A stretch of 41,433 nt of DNA from Gammaproteobacteria bacterium (lineage in GTDB: Bacteria; Pseudomonadota; Gammaproteobacteria; Steroidobacterales; Rariloculaceae). Under the pieces are notes generated by a model, which did not search any database, had not been told where the DNA came from, and saw only the letters and a list, made by a program, of their open reading frames with translations. The position numbers were made by a program, and so were the translations under genes. This document shows positions 1 through 8,731 of this stretch, one piece after another (the first letter of the stretch is position 1; every line of letters begins with the position of its first letter). Location: contig JAURFX010000003.1 in assembly GCA_030834065.1 (NCBI GenBank), positions 1 through 41,433 on the forward strand, written 5' to 3'.

Positions 1-841
1 TACTAAGGTTTAAAAAAGGGTTATCGTTCTCTGGAGGTTCTTTTTCATAAACATCAATAGCTAAACCTTGGAATTTGCCTTGTGCCATCATCTCTAAAAT
101 TTCTTTTTCATCTAGCACCCCACCGCGGGAAGCATTGATAATAACGGCATCGTCTTTCATGACGCCTAACTTATCTCTACTAAATAAATTTCTTGTTTCG
201 TCAATTAAAGGCACATGAATACTTAAAATATCAACTAGAGGTAATAACTCATCCAGAGATTTAGCTTTTGCTGAAAAATCTTCTTCAATATAATCGCTTC
301 GAACCATTGGATCATGAAAATAAATATTCGCTCCGAAGAAGCTAAATGCTCTTGCCACTGACTTACCTATATTTCCAAAACCAACTATACCGAGATTCAA
401 ACCGGTTATCTCTTTTCTTCGCTCTCCTAAGATTAGCTTTCTTGCCTGATCATAATTTCCATTGCTTAGCTCTTCATTGCAATAGGGCATGCCTCTTAAC
501 AATGAAATAGCAGCACCTACACAGTACTGTGCAATCGAGTGATTAGATCCACCTTGAACATTTGCAACCGTGATGCCCTGCTTCTCTAACTCAGGCCTAT
601 TTAACCTATCAACTCCCGCACCGGTAACCTGTATAAATTTACAGCTTGAAGAAATAAAAAGCTTTGAATCAATTGGCTTGCCTACCGCGGGTATGACCAG
701 AGCCGAAGCATCCTTAATTTCGATATTCAAAATTGGATCATCAGGACTTAAGTAAAGCACTCTCAAAGAGTCAGGAACATTAACACCTACATTTGTAAAA
801 TCTTCCTCGGGTCTTAAGCAGATTATTTTGTTACTAACCAT
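1..841 (-). CDS. D-isomer-specific 2-hydroxyacid dehydrogenase (SerA/GhrB-like), 3' end truncated by window edge
   Basis: Not in the ORF track. Manual translation from ATG at 841: MVSNKIICLRPEED...QVTGAGVDRL...ITVANVQG...GIVGFGNIG (Rossmann)...SIHVPLIDETRNL...IINASRGGVLDE...AIDVYEKEP. These are family signature motifs. Confidence 0.88.
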   Translation of the reverse strand, partial: MVSNKIICLRPEEDFTNVGVNVPDSLRVLYLSPDDPILNIEIKDASALVIPAVGKPIDSKLFISSSCKFIQVTGAGVDRLNRPELEKQGITVANVQGGSNHSIAQYCVGAAISLLRGMPYCNEELSNGNYDQARKLILGERRKEITGLNLGIVGFGNIGKSVARAFSFFGANIYFHDPMVRSDYIEEDFSAKAKSLDELLPLVDILSIHVPLIDETRNLFSRDKLGVMKDDAVIINASRGGVLDEKEILEMMAQGKFQGLAIDVYEKEPPENDNPFLNLS

Positions 842-1190
842 GAGCAACTAAATCTGCAGTTTCAAAGATACAAAGCAATACCAAGTCCTTTTCACTTTCA
901 TTTGCAGTAAAATGCTTTAAACCTTTTGGAACGAAGATAGTATCTCCAGCTGATACGGGTTTTGATCCCTTCTCTGTAGTAAAGGCACCAATACCACTTA
1001 AAACATGAATATATTCATTTGAGTCAGCATGAAAATGAAATTCACGCTTCTCACCGCTTGTCGGTATGGTTACATGTCTGACTGTCAGGGATGCGCCATC
1101 ATTACTTGATAAAATCTGTCTTGAATCTCTTCCAGGCAAATCAAGAAGTTTGGTGTCTTTTAGCGCCTTTATTATTGCATCCATAGTCAC
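834..1190 (-). CDS. cupin domain protein (cupin_2-like)
   Basis: Cupin motif 1 FHFHADSNEYIHVLSG and motif 2 AGDTIFVPKGLKH. The start may be the ATG at 1184. Confidence 0.85.
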   Translation of the reverse strand: MTMDAIIKALKDTKLLDLPGRDSRQILSSNDGASLTVRHVTIPTSGEKREFHFHADSNEYIHVLSGIGAFTTEKGSKPVSAGDTIFVPKGLKHFTANESEKDLVLLCIFETADLVAHG

Positions 1191-1996
1191 CCAACCTTCT
1201 TAAGAGAAATAATTTCTGCAGTTCCTCCTTGGGCAGCTTGAAGTAGCTTAAAGATCTCCAATGCCTCATCTGCAATAGAATCAGCTATATCTTCAACCAT
1301 TTTTTTACCCTTTTCAGCTGTAGCATTTTCAGGATTACCATACCATCCAGTTGGACAAATTGTCCTAATGTCAGTAAGGACCGGCTGGTAGGACTTAGAT
1401 CTTCGCAACTTATCCATTTTTGCGCCTGGTTCATGATCTGAACTATAATCAACCCTATCCAGATGAACTAATTCTTTCTTATACTCAAGAATTGCTAGTG
1501 TCTCAATTTCTCCTCCATGAGTTAGGCCTCCGCAGTCATGGCCATAAAGCTCTTGAGCCACATAACAAGCTTGAACTGTCAAAACACTCATTCCATGATC
1601 ACGATGCAATTTATCTGCAGCGATAGAAAGCGATGGAATATTACCTTCGTGCCAGTTCACTATCAACAAATGAGTAGCCCCATGAGAAGCAGTCGAAACG
1701 CAAGTTTCCTCAACAACTTTCATATAAGTTTCAGGACTTAAACTGATAGTTCCCTCAAACGGCATATGCATCGGAGTGACTCCAAGTGGACCACCTGGAA
1801 TAACCAAACCATCAAGCTTATGTGCGATAGCATGACAAATGACATAAGCTGCAAAAATATCAGTTCCGGTTGGTAGATGGGGGCCATGCTGCTCAGTACT
1901 TCCCGCAGGCAAAATTACCAATGGGTTTTTCTTTAGCTGAGCCGCAATCTCTGGTTGGGTTAAATCCAAAAAGTTTCTTGTAGGTAAATTACTCAT
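1187..1996 (-). CDS. creatininase/creatinine amidohydrolase family protein
   Basis: GSTEQHGPHLPTGTD metal motif, NWHEGN (family consensus NGHGGN), HGGEIET and G.YGNPENATAEKG. Confidence 0.88.
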   Translation of the reverse strand: MSNLPTRNFLDLTQPEIAAQLKKNPLVILPAGSTEQHGPHLPTGTDIFAAYVICHAIAHKLDGLVIPGGPLGVTPMHMPFEGTISLSPETYMKVVEETCVSTASHGATHLLIVNWHEGNIPSLSIAADKLHRDHGMSVLTVQACYVAQELYGHDCGGLTHGGEIETLAILEYKKELVHLDRVDYSSDHEPGAKMDKLRRSKSYQPVLTDIRTICPTGWYGNPENATAEKGKKMVEDIADSIADEALEIFKLLQAAQGGTAEIISLKKVG

Positions 1997-2008
1997 TTTT
2001 TTCCTAAA

Positions 2009-3074
2009 TTAAATTTTAGCTTTTGCTTCTTCAAACACTTCACGTAATGGAACCATTGTGCCATTTTTATCAACTGACTTAAGAGCAGCATATACAACTG
2101 CTAATGCAACATTAGCACTGCCTGCACTAAGTTCACAAGGCTCGCCTGTCTGACACAGATCTGCAAACATATCGAGTTCATCTAAGAACATATTTGCCTG
2201 GGGCATGACTAAGTCCTCTCTTTTACCATAGCCATCAACACCTCTCTGAATATACAGTGCCGATGTTTTATGGAGGTCATCGGGAGTATCCCAACTACTA
2301 AAGTCTAGCTCATAGTGCATTAATCCCTTCTGACCAAATACCCTGAGCGAAAAGATTCCAGGAGAAGTCCAACAAGAACCGATGTAAGCAAGTTTGCCAT
2401 CCTTAAAACGTACTAAAGTCATCGATTGATCATCTACTTCTGCTCCCACAGGTGAGAGTTTTGATGCTATTGAAGAAACCTCCTCAATTTCACCGCCAAT
2501 ATAATGAATAGTATCAAACTGATGGATTGCAAGTTGTGATAAAGGTCCTCCTGGAGCTCGATCCTTGTACCATCTCCAAGTATCTGGAGTTAGCTCGAGA
2601 GCTCTCTCGTTGGAAAAGTTAGCCTCAATAAATGCAACTTTGCCAAGATCGCCATTATCGATTGCTTCCCTGATCATCCGAGCGCCCTTGAGCAATCTCG
2701 CGCTATGCCCTACCATTATCTGTACACCGTATTTGTCGACGAGTTGCTCAATTAATAAGCCTGACTCCAGTGTATTTGCAATAGGTTTTTGTATAAACAT
2801 GCTTGCCTGCCTTAGCTACTGCCTCGGCTACCGGTAAATGCTGCTCATTAGGTACAGTCAAAATAACTCCTTTGATTTCAGGGTCTGATAAAAGCTCATC
2901 CAGGGTAGCAACAGTTGGAATTCCAAACTCGACTGTATAGGCTTGTCTTTTCTCCTCTGAGCGAGTAAATCCTTTAGATATTTCAAATTTTTCTGATTTT
3001 AATGCGGCAGCAGTTAAAACTTTGGCCCATCTACCTAAACCAACAATTCCTACTTTAATTTTTTCAGATGACAC
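2009..3074 (-). pseudogene. Gfo/Idh/MocA family NAD(P)-dependent oxidoreductase, frameshifted at about 2790 (real lesion or sequence error)
   Basis: N-half: GTG at 3074 after an AAGGAG RBS, VGIVGLGRWA...VPNEQH...AGKHVY. C-half: KPIANTL...VGH...GGPLSQLAIHQFD. The halves are in different frames and break exactly at the conserved EKP motif. The joined length is about 355 aa. Confidence 0.8.
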
Positions 3075-3119
3075 GATAACTCCTTTATTTACATGGTTTT
3101 CTAGTGTTAAGATCGTAAT

Positions 3120-3132
3120 ATTGTAATACAAT
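3120..3132. promoter_or_regulatory. putative GntR/FadR-type operator overlapping divergent -10 boxes
   Basis: Palindrome ATTGTA-A-TACAAT matches the FadR-subfamily consensus TNGT-N3-ACNA. Each arm is a TACAAT -10-like hexamer, one per strand. It lies in the 65-bp divergent gap. Confidence 0.65.
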
Positions 3133-3139
3133 TTATAAC

Positions 3140-3835
3140 ATGGGCGAAATTAAAGTTTTAAATCCTATTCCTCGCGTTTCTTCATTAAAAGAAGTCGTCA
3201 TTAACAGTATTCGTGATGCAATTATCTCGGGCTATTTCAAGCCTGGTGAAAAATTAATTGAGAAGCGTTTAACTGAAGACCTAGGGGTATCAAGAACTAT
3301 TCTGCGTGAGGCGATAAGTCATCTTAGTGCCGAAGGAATAGTCAAAGTAATACCTAATAAAGGTCCAATTGTTAGGAATTTTGAGGAAAAAGATATTTTT
3401 AATCTCTACCAGATTAGGATGGCTCTGCTTGGCTTAGCAACCAGACAATTTACTCAAAATCTCTCCGAGAATACTCTTAATAAATTAGAAAAAAAATTAG
3501 AAAAAATTAAATTTGCCCATAAAAACTTTGATGCTGAAAAGCTAATCAAAGCCAAGAATGATTTTTATCAATACATTGTAGATGAGTCAGGTAATTCAGA
3601 TCTTATTCTTCTTATCCGCTCACTCGAAAGCCAGCTTTCAATGATGCGAAGTCTAGGTATTAAGCACCCAAAACGCTCTAGTACAAGATCAAAAATCAGT
3701 GTCGAAAATCTACAGGCTTCATTTAACATGATTCAAGCAGGTAACTATGCTGAAGCAGAAAGAATGATCAGAGCAGAAACACTGCAAGCTCAAAAGGAAA
3801 TCATTTCACTTTTTAAAGAGCAACAAAAAACCTAA
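3140..3835 (+). CDS. GntR family transcriptional regulator (FCD domain, FadR subfamily)
   Basis: wHTH IRDAIISGYFKPGEKLIEKRLTEDLGVSRTILREAI...EGIV...PNKG, followed by a helical FCD-like C-terminus (SGNSDL). Confidence 0.92.
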   Translation: MGEIKVLNPIPRVSSLKEVVINSIRDAIISGYFKPGEKLIEKRLTEDLGVSRTILREAISHLSAEGIVKVIPNKGPIVRNFEEKDIFNLYQIRMALLGLATRQFTQNLSENTLNKLEKKLEKIKFAHKNFDAEKLIKAKNDFYQYIVDESGNSDLILLIRSLESQLSMMRSLGIKHPKRSSTRSKISVENLQASFNMIQAGNYAEAERMIRAETLQAQKEIISLFKEQQKT

Positions 3836-3843
3836 AGGATATT

Positions 3844-5550
3844 ATGAGCTGGACTGAACTAGAGACGGATGTATTGGTCATTGGTGGTGGAGTAGCAGGA
3901 TGCATGGCTGCGATTCCAGCACTAGAAGAAGGACTACAGGTAACAATACTCGAAAAGGGTAAAGTTTTAGACCATTGCGGAAGCGTAGGTTGTGGAGTGG
4001 ATCACTATCTAACCATTATGGACTCAGGCCCCGAATGGGATACCCCTGAATTCCTTATTAAGCATGTACCCGAATTAACAGATGGAATTGTTGATCTCGA
4101 AGTTACAAGTAAATTAATTCATCAAATGCCAAGGGTACTAAAAAAAATTGAATCCTTTGGTGTTAATTTTAAAGATCCGAGGTTCAATGACTATTACCGT
4201 CTCAAATCATTTGGGTTGCCTGGCACCTATCATATTAATTTTGATGGCACAGAATTTAAAAAACATATAGGACAACAAGTTAGAAAGCTCAAAGGAAAAG
4301 TTCTAACAAGAACGATGGGAATAAATCTCTTAGAAAAAGATAATAAAGTTTATGGTGCCGTTGCGTTTAACTTTAGAAGCGGTGAATGGTATGCCATTAA
4401 GGCAAAGTCAATAGTCATGGCAGCAGGTGAAGTTAATCGCTTATCTAAAAATGCTTCGGGCATGCCCTTTGACAGCTGGCACTGTCCTTTTAATACCGGT
4501 GATGCTCACAGGATGGCATTTAATGCGGGAGCAATTTTGACAAATATGGAATTTGTGGAAACCACCTTAACTCCTAAAGGATTTTCAGCCCAAGGATTAA
4601 ATGCTCTAGTCAGTGAGGGAGCCCACTTTGTCAATAAGCAAGGTGAGCGCTTTATGTTTAAGTATGATGAGAAAGGTGAGAATGCTAGAAGAGCGGTCAT
4701 TGCAGATGCTGTGATTAATGAGTACCTGCTGGGAAACGGTCCAATTTATGCTGACTGCAGGCATCTTCCAAGCGATGTCCTTGACCACATGGAAGCGACA
4801 CTGCAAATTGATAGATACACTATGCCAGCTTTCTATGAGCAAAAGGCTCTTAAGTTCAGAGACGAGCCTGTCGAGGTTTCGATTTCCGAATTAAGTATTC
4901 GCAGAAGCGGAGTCTACTTTAGAGGAAGTGGTCTTGCTGTAGATACCCAAGGTCATTCTTCAAAAGAAAACCTTTTTGCTGCGGGCGACTGCGCTTCCGT
5001 CTCAGGGGGAATTGCAGGTGCAGCTGTCCTTGGACATATTTCTGGCGAGGGAGTGAGCGCTCATGTAAAAAAATTGAATGGGGCAAAATTACCTGATTTT
5101 GACTCAGAAGAAATCAATAGGATAAAAAATGAAAATGAGCATCACTTGGTTGCATCTGGCATGAACTGGAGAGCGTTTGAAGACAAAACAAGAGAGGTAG
5201 TGAGCGACTATATTGGAGTCAGAAGATCCTCAAAATCGCTTGAACTCGCTATGCAAACGCTATCTGCACTCGCAGCTAACGAGCTTGAGATGAAGGCTGA
5301 CGATCTTCATGGTCTAATGAGAGTTAATGAAACGAAAAGCATAAGATTATCTGCCGAGGTAATGGCAAATGCTGCGATGGCGCGAACTGAGTCACGTACT
5401 GGCTCCTCTCACTTCAGAAGTGATTTTCCCGAGACAAATGAAAAGGATTGGAAAAAATTTGTTTTAGTCTCAAAAGAAAAGGATCGAATGAAAATCAATT
5501 TTAGCGATGCTAGCGACTCCCTAGCCTCTACATTTAACAGAGGGAGCTAA
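3844..5550 (+). CDS. AprA-like FAD-binding oxidoreductase (adenylylsulfate reductase / succinate dehydrogenase-fumarate reductase flavoprotein superfamily)
   Basis: DVLVIGGGVAG FAD motif, PFNTGDAHRMAFNAGA.LTNMEF, NLFAAGD, C-terminal RTESR..HFRSDFPE. It lacks the SdhA covalent-FAD motif (RSHT.AAQGG). Confidence 0.8.
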   Translation: MSWTELETDVLVIGGGVAGCMAAIPALEEGLQVTILEKGKVLDHCGSVGCGVDHYLTIMDSGPEWDTPEFLIKHVPELTDGIVDLEVTSKLIHQMPRVLKKIESFGVNFKDPRFNDYYRLKSFGLPGTYHINFDGTEFKKHIGQQVRKLKGKVLTRTMGINLLEKDNKVYGAVAFNFRSGEWYAIKAKSIVMAAGEVNRLSKNASGMPFDSWHCPFNTGDAHRMAFNAGAILTNMEFVETTLTPKGFSAQGLNALVSEGAHFVNKQGERFMFKYDEKGENARRAVIADAVINEYLLGNGPIYADCRHLPSDVLDHMEATLQIDRYTMPAFYEQKALKFRDEPVEVSISELSIRRSGVYFRGSGLAVDTQGHSSKENLFAAGDCASVSGGIAGAAVLGHISGEGVSAHVKKLNGAKLPDFDSEEINRIKNENEHHLVASGMNWRAFEDKTREVVSDYIGVRRSSKSLELAMQTLSALAANELEMKADDLHGLMRVNETKSIRLSAEVMANAAMARTESRTGSSHFRSDFPETNEKDWKKFVLVSKEKDRMKINFSDASDSLASTFNRGS

Positions 5551-5552
5551 TT

Positions 5553-5828
5553 ATGAGCGAAGAAAAAGAAGTTCATAATCCTATAAAGATTGATCCTGAA
5601 GTCTGCGTAAAGTGCAATCTATGCGATTGGATTTGTCCTGGTGATCTGATCTATAAAAAAGAAGATGATAGGACTACCCTACCTGAGGTTAAATATCCAG
5701 ATGAGTGTTGGTACTGTGGGTTATGTCAATCTATCTGTCCAGTTGATGCAATAAAAATTATCTTCCCTGAAGAAATGATAAATTGTAAAACAGACGTTAG
5801 GAGCCTATTAGGTAAAGACGTAGAATAG
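5553..5828 (+). CDS. 2x[4Fe-4S] ferredoxin, AprB-like partner subunit
   Basis: CVKCNLCDWICP and PDECWYCGLCQSICP. The second motif resembles AprB P..CWEC..C...CP. Confidence 0.9.
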   Translation: MSEEKEVHNPIKIDPEVCVKCNLCDWICPGDLIYKKEDDRTTLPEVKYPDECWYCGLCQSICPVDAIKIIFPEEMINCKTDVRSLLGKDVE

Positions 5829-5832
5829 TTCT

Positions 5833-7326
5833 ATGGACATTTTTGATGCTGCCATAAGCTCTCTTACTCTTCTTTTAACCTATGATGTGATGCTCATGCT
5901 TTTCATAGGGGTTATCTACGGTCTTTGCGTCGGTTTAATGCCAGGACTTGGTGGCATTGTAGCAATTGCGCTCTTACTTCCCTTTACTATGGGCTTTGGT
6001 GTGATTCCAACTCTTGCGTTACTTTTAGGCGCTCATATAGCAACAATATGGGGAGGCTCCGTCACAAGCATACTTTTTAATGTTCCTGGGGCAGCTAAAA
6101 GCCTTGCATTAGTTTTTGATGGACACCCAATGACAAGAAACGGAGAAGCAAGTAGAGCTCTAGGAGCCTCTGCCATGGCAGCCTTATTGGGAGGGATTAT
6201 TGGTGCAATCTTTTTAGCATTAAGTATCCCGCTAGTTCGTCCTGTCATGCTTAGTATCGGACCAAGTGAATACCTTATTCTTGCACTTTGGGGTCTTAGC
6301 ATTATTGCAACTTTTAGTGATGGCTCAATGCTCAAAGGAGGAGTAGCAACCTGCCTTGGAATGATGGCGGCATTTGTGGGCATGGACCCGATCACCGGAA
6401 CCCCGAGATTCTGGATGGACTCGATTTATCTGTTGGATGGTATTTATTTTCCAGTAGCTATGATCGGTCTATTTGCAATCTCGGAAATGATAAAGCTTTA
6501 TGTAAAACAGACTTCTTTTGTCGAGAGAGTTGAGGGCCGAGAAACCAGTACCCTTCTATCAGGCTGTAAGGATGCTTTTAAGCATTGGTGGCTTGTCATT
6601 CGTTCAAGTTTGCTCGGACTATGGATTGGAGTCCTTCCTGGAATTGGCGCCAGTGTGGGAGGTATAGCTGCCTATGCACAAGCTGTCCAAACCTCAAAAA
6701 ATCCTGAAAAATTTGGTAAGGGCGCAGTTGAAGGAGTAATCGCTCCGGATGCTACTTTAGGCGCTAATGAAGGTGGTGGATTATTACCAACCCTTGCCTT
6801 TGGCATCCCTGGTGGAGAAAGTATGGCTATACTCCTGGTGGCATTTCTTAGTATGGGTATTGTGCCAGGCCCGCAAATGCTTACAACAGATTTAGATTTA
6901 GTATTTGCAATGGTTTGGATAATCGTTTTTGCCAATATATTTACTGCAATTATTGGGCTAGCAATTTCTCCTAAACTATCAAAACTTCCCAGATTAAACC
7001 CTAATATTATGATCCCCATCGTATTATCCGTATGTCTTTTTGGTGCTTACGTAACTCGAGGGTATTTTGCTGATATGGTATTAGCGTTTTTGTTTGGGAT
7101 TTTTGGCTATTACATGGATAAATATAAATTTTCCAGAGCAAACTTTGTCATTGGCATGGTGCTAGCTGAAATGATAGAGAGAAATTTACATATTTCCCTT
7201 GGGCTATACGGAGATTTTTTTATTTTTACTCAACCCGTCTCCATTATTTTGTTGGTACTTTTATTTATCACAACAGCGCTCTCACTAAAAAGAAAAAATA
7301 ATAGAAGTAAGGAAGTAAATGTTTAA
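5833..7326 (+). CDS. tctA: tripartite tricarboxylate transporter large permease TctA
   Basis: GLMPGLG, GGSVTSILFNVPG, DGHPM, GVLPGIGAS, EGVIAPDA..AN, PTLAFGIPG, GIVPGP; multi-TM. Confidence 0.92.
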   Translation: MDIFDAAISSLTLLLTYDVMLMLFIGVIYGLCVGLMPGLGGIVAIALLLPFTMGFGVIPTLALLLGAHIATIWGGSVTSILFNVPGAAKSLALVFDGHPMTRNGEASRALGASAMAALLGGIIGAIFLALSIPLVRPVMLSIGPSEYLILALWGLSIIATFSDGSMLKGGVATCLGMMAAFVGMDPITGTPRFWMDSIYLLDGIYFPVAMIGLFAISEMIKLYVKQTSFVERVEGRETSTLLSGCKDAFKHWWLVIRSSLLGLWIGVLPGIGASVGGIAAYAQAVQTSKNPEKFGKGAVEGVIAPDATLGANEGGGLLPTLAFGIPGGESMAILLVAFLSMGIVPGPQMLTTDLDLVFAMVWIIVFANIFTAIIGLAISPKLSKLPRLNPNIMIPIVLSVCLFGAYVTRGYFADMVLAFLFGIFGYYMDKYKFSRANFVIGMVLAEMIERNLHISLGLYGDFFIFTQPVSIILLVLLFITTALSLKRKNNRSKEVNV

Positions 7327-7741
7327 ATTAAACGGTGAAAATGTTTTTATCCTATTTTTAATTTTTCTCTCTGCGGGCTATTTCATTGGATCGCTATCCT
7401 TTGGTCCAAATGCTAGGCTTCTACCTCTCCCTATTTCTCTTTTTTCTTTGGCCCTATGTGTTCTGGCTATGTTCTTTAAAGAAGAATCTGAGGCTCAGAC
7501 AGAAACTTTATACAGGGAAATTAAAGCGATCTTGCTCATATTATTTTTTATTTTAATTATAGCATTTATCGGCCCATCCATTGGTTCAGGAATCTTTTGT
7601 ATGTTTTATATGCTAAGAAAGCAAAACTTAAACATATACAGATCTTTAGCAATTTCTTTAAGTGTAGCTTTATTCATTTATTATATTTTTTATCAATTCT
7701 TACAACTAACGCCCGACTCTAATTTTCAATTATTATTTTAA
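7319..7741 (+). CDS. tctB: tripartite tricarboxylate transporter small subunit TctB
   Basis: 140-aa protein with about 4-5 TM segments between tctA and tctC; ARLLP and C-terminal F...LQL.P pattern. Confidence 0.75.
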   Translation: MFKLNGENVFILFLIFLSAGYFIGSLSFGPNARLLPLPISLFSLALCVLAMFFKEESEAQTETLYREIKAILLILFFILIIAFIGPSIGSGIFCMFYMLRKQNLNIYRSLAISLSVALFIYYIFYQFLQLTPDSNFQLLF

Positions 7742-7743
7742 TA

Positions 7744-8727
7744 ATGCGCAAACTCTTTCTCAGTGCAATTTTTATATCTTCGAGCTTATTGGCACAAGAT
7801 AACCCAATAAATAGCAATGCATTAACGATTATTGTGCCCAATGCTGCAGGTGGCTTGATGGCAAGATATGCACGTATGATTGAGCCATATTTAGAAAAAT
7901 ATTTAGAAATGGAAGTTAATATTCGCATCATGACTGGAGGTGGCAACATAAGGGGAACAAATTTTGTATGGTTCGCTGAGCCTGATGGAGCTACTATCGG
8001 CTTTACCTCAATCCCTTCCTTGGTGTTAGCGCAATTTTCAAATAGTCCTGCAGTACAGTTTGATATTGAAGCGTTTAGCTTTCTTGGGAGAGTCTCTACG
8101 GAGCCAAGGGTGCTTACTACAGGAAAACAATCAAATATTCGAGATGCAAACAGTCTTTTAGCTATGGATAGAGAATTTATATATCCATCACAGGGCACTG
8201 ATGAGGATTTTTTTACGATGATTGTTCTTGCAGATGCATTGGACATAAAGCTCAAGCCAATCATGGGATATAACGGAAATCCTGATACTGCTATGGCTAT
8301 AATTAGAGGCGATGGTGATGGACAAATTACGTCTTGGCGAGCCTCGCTTGCCTCAATAAATAACGGAGATCAGATCCCTCTGCTAAATATTGGAAGTGAG
8401 CCCTATGAAGATTTTCCAAATGTCCCATCAGTTCTATCCTATGCTAGAGATGATTCAATAGAAGCAATGACCGCCATTGTTGAAATGCTTGATACTCATA
8501 GGGGTTTTTTTGGGCCCCCAGGCTTAAGCAATGAAACAGTTAATTATTTGCGTGAAAAAATATTTTTAGCACTAAATGATCCGGAATTAAAAGAGATCGC
8601 AAGGCAGAATGCACTCCCGCTTGTTCCCTCACACGGAGAACTGGAAGCTTTAAAAATCAATCAATTAGTCTCCTCTGAAAGCTTGATTATGCCAATACTT
8701 GAGTCTACTCTAGATACATTAAGGTGA
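7744..8727 (+). CDS. tctC: tripartite tricarboxylate transporter substrate-binding protein (TctC/Bug family)
   Basis: Signal peptide, TIIVPNAAGG...AR, GGGNIRG, AEPDGATI, Y.G, FPNVPS, RGFFGPPGL. Confidence 0.88.
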   Translation: MRKLFLSAIFISSSLLAQDNPINSNALTIIVPNAAGGLMARYARMIEPYLEKYLEMEVNIRIMTGGGNIRGTNFVWFAEPDGATIGFTSIPSLVLAQFSNSPAVQFDIEAFSFLGRVSTEPRVLTTGKQSNIRDANSLLAMDREFIYPSQGTDEDFFTMIVLADALDIKLKPIMGYNGNPDTAMAIIRGDGDGQITSWRASLASINNGDQIPLLNIGSEPYEDFPNVPSVLSYARDDSIEAMTAIVEMLDTHRGFFGPPGLSNETVNYLREKIFLALNDPELKEIARQNALPLVPSHGELEALKINQLVSSESLIMPILESTLDTLR

Positions 8728-8731
8728 TACT

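Noticed and set aside
2748-3131. 127-aa ORF and 263-aa ORF (2009-2800) as two separate genes
   Set aside because: They are the two halves of one Gfo/Idh/MocA gene. The 3131 start runs into the operator, and the RBS supports GTG at 3074.
3481-3512. Short tandem repeat AAATTAGAAAAAA in gntR
   Set aside because: It encodes the helical KLEKKLEKIK segment in AT-rich codons, with the frame intact. It is not a repeat array.
3844-5828. Calling the pair aprA/aprB or sdhA/sdhB
   Set aside because: There are no sat, qmo, aprM or membrane-anchor genes, the catalytic and covalent-FAD motifs do not match, and the ferredoxin lacks the SdhB 2Fe-2S domain.
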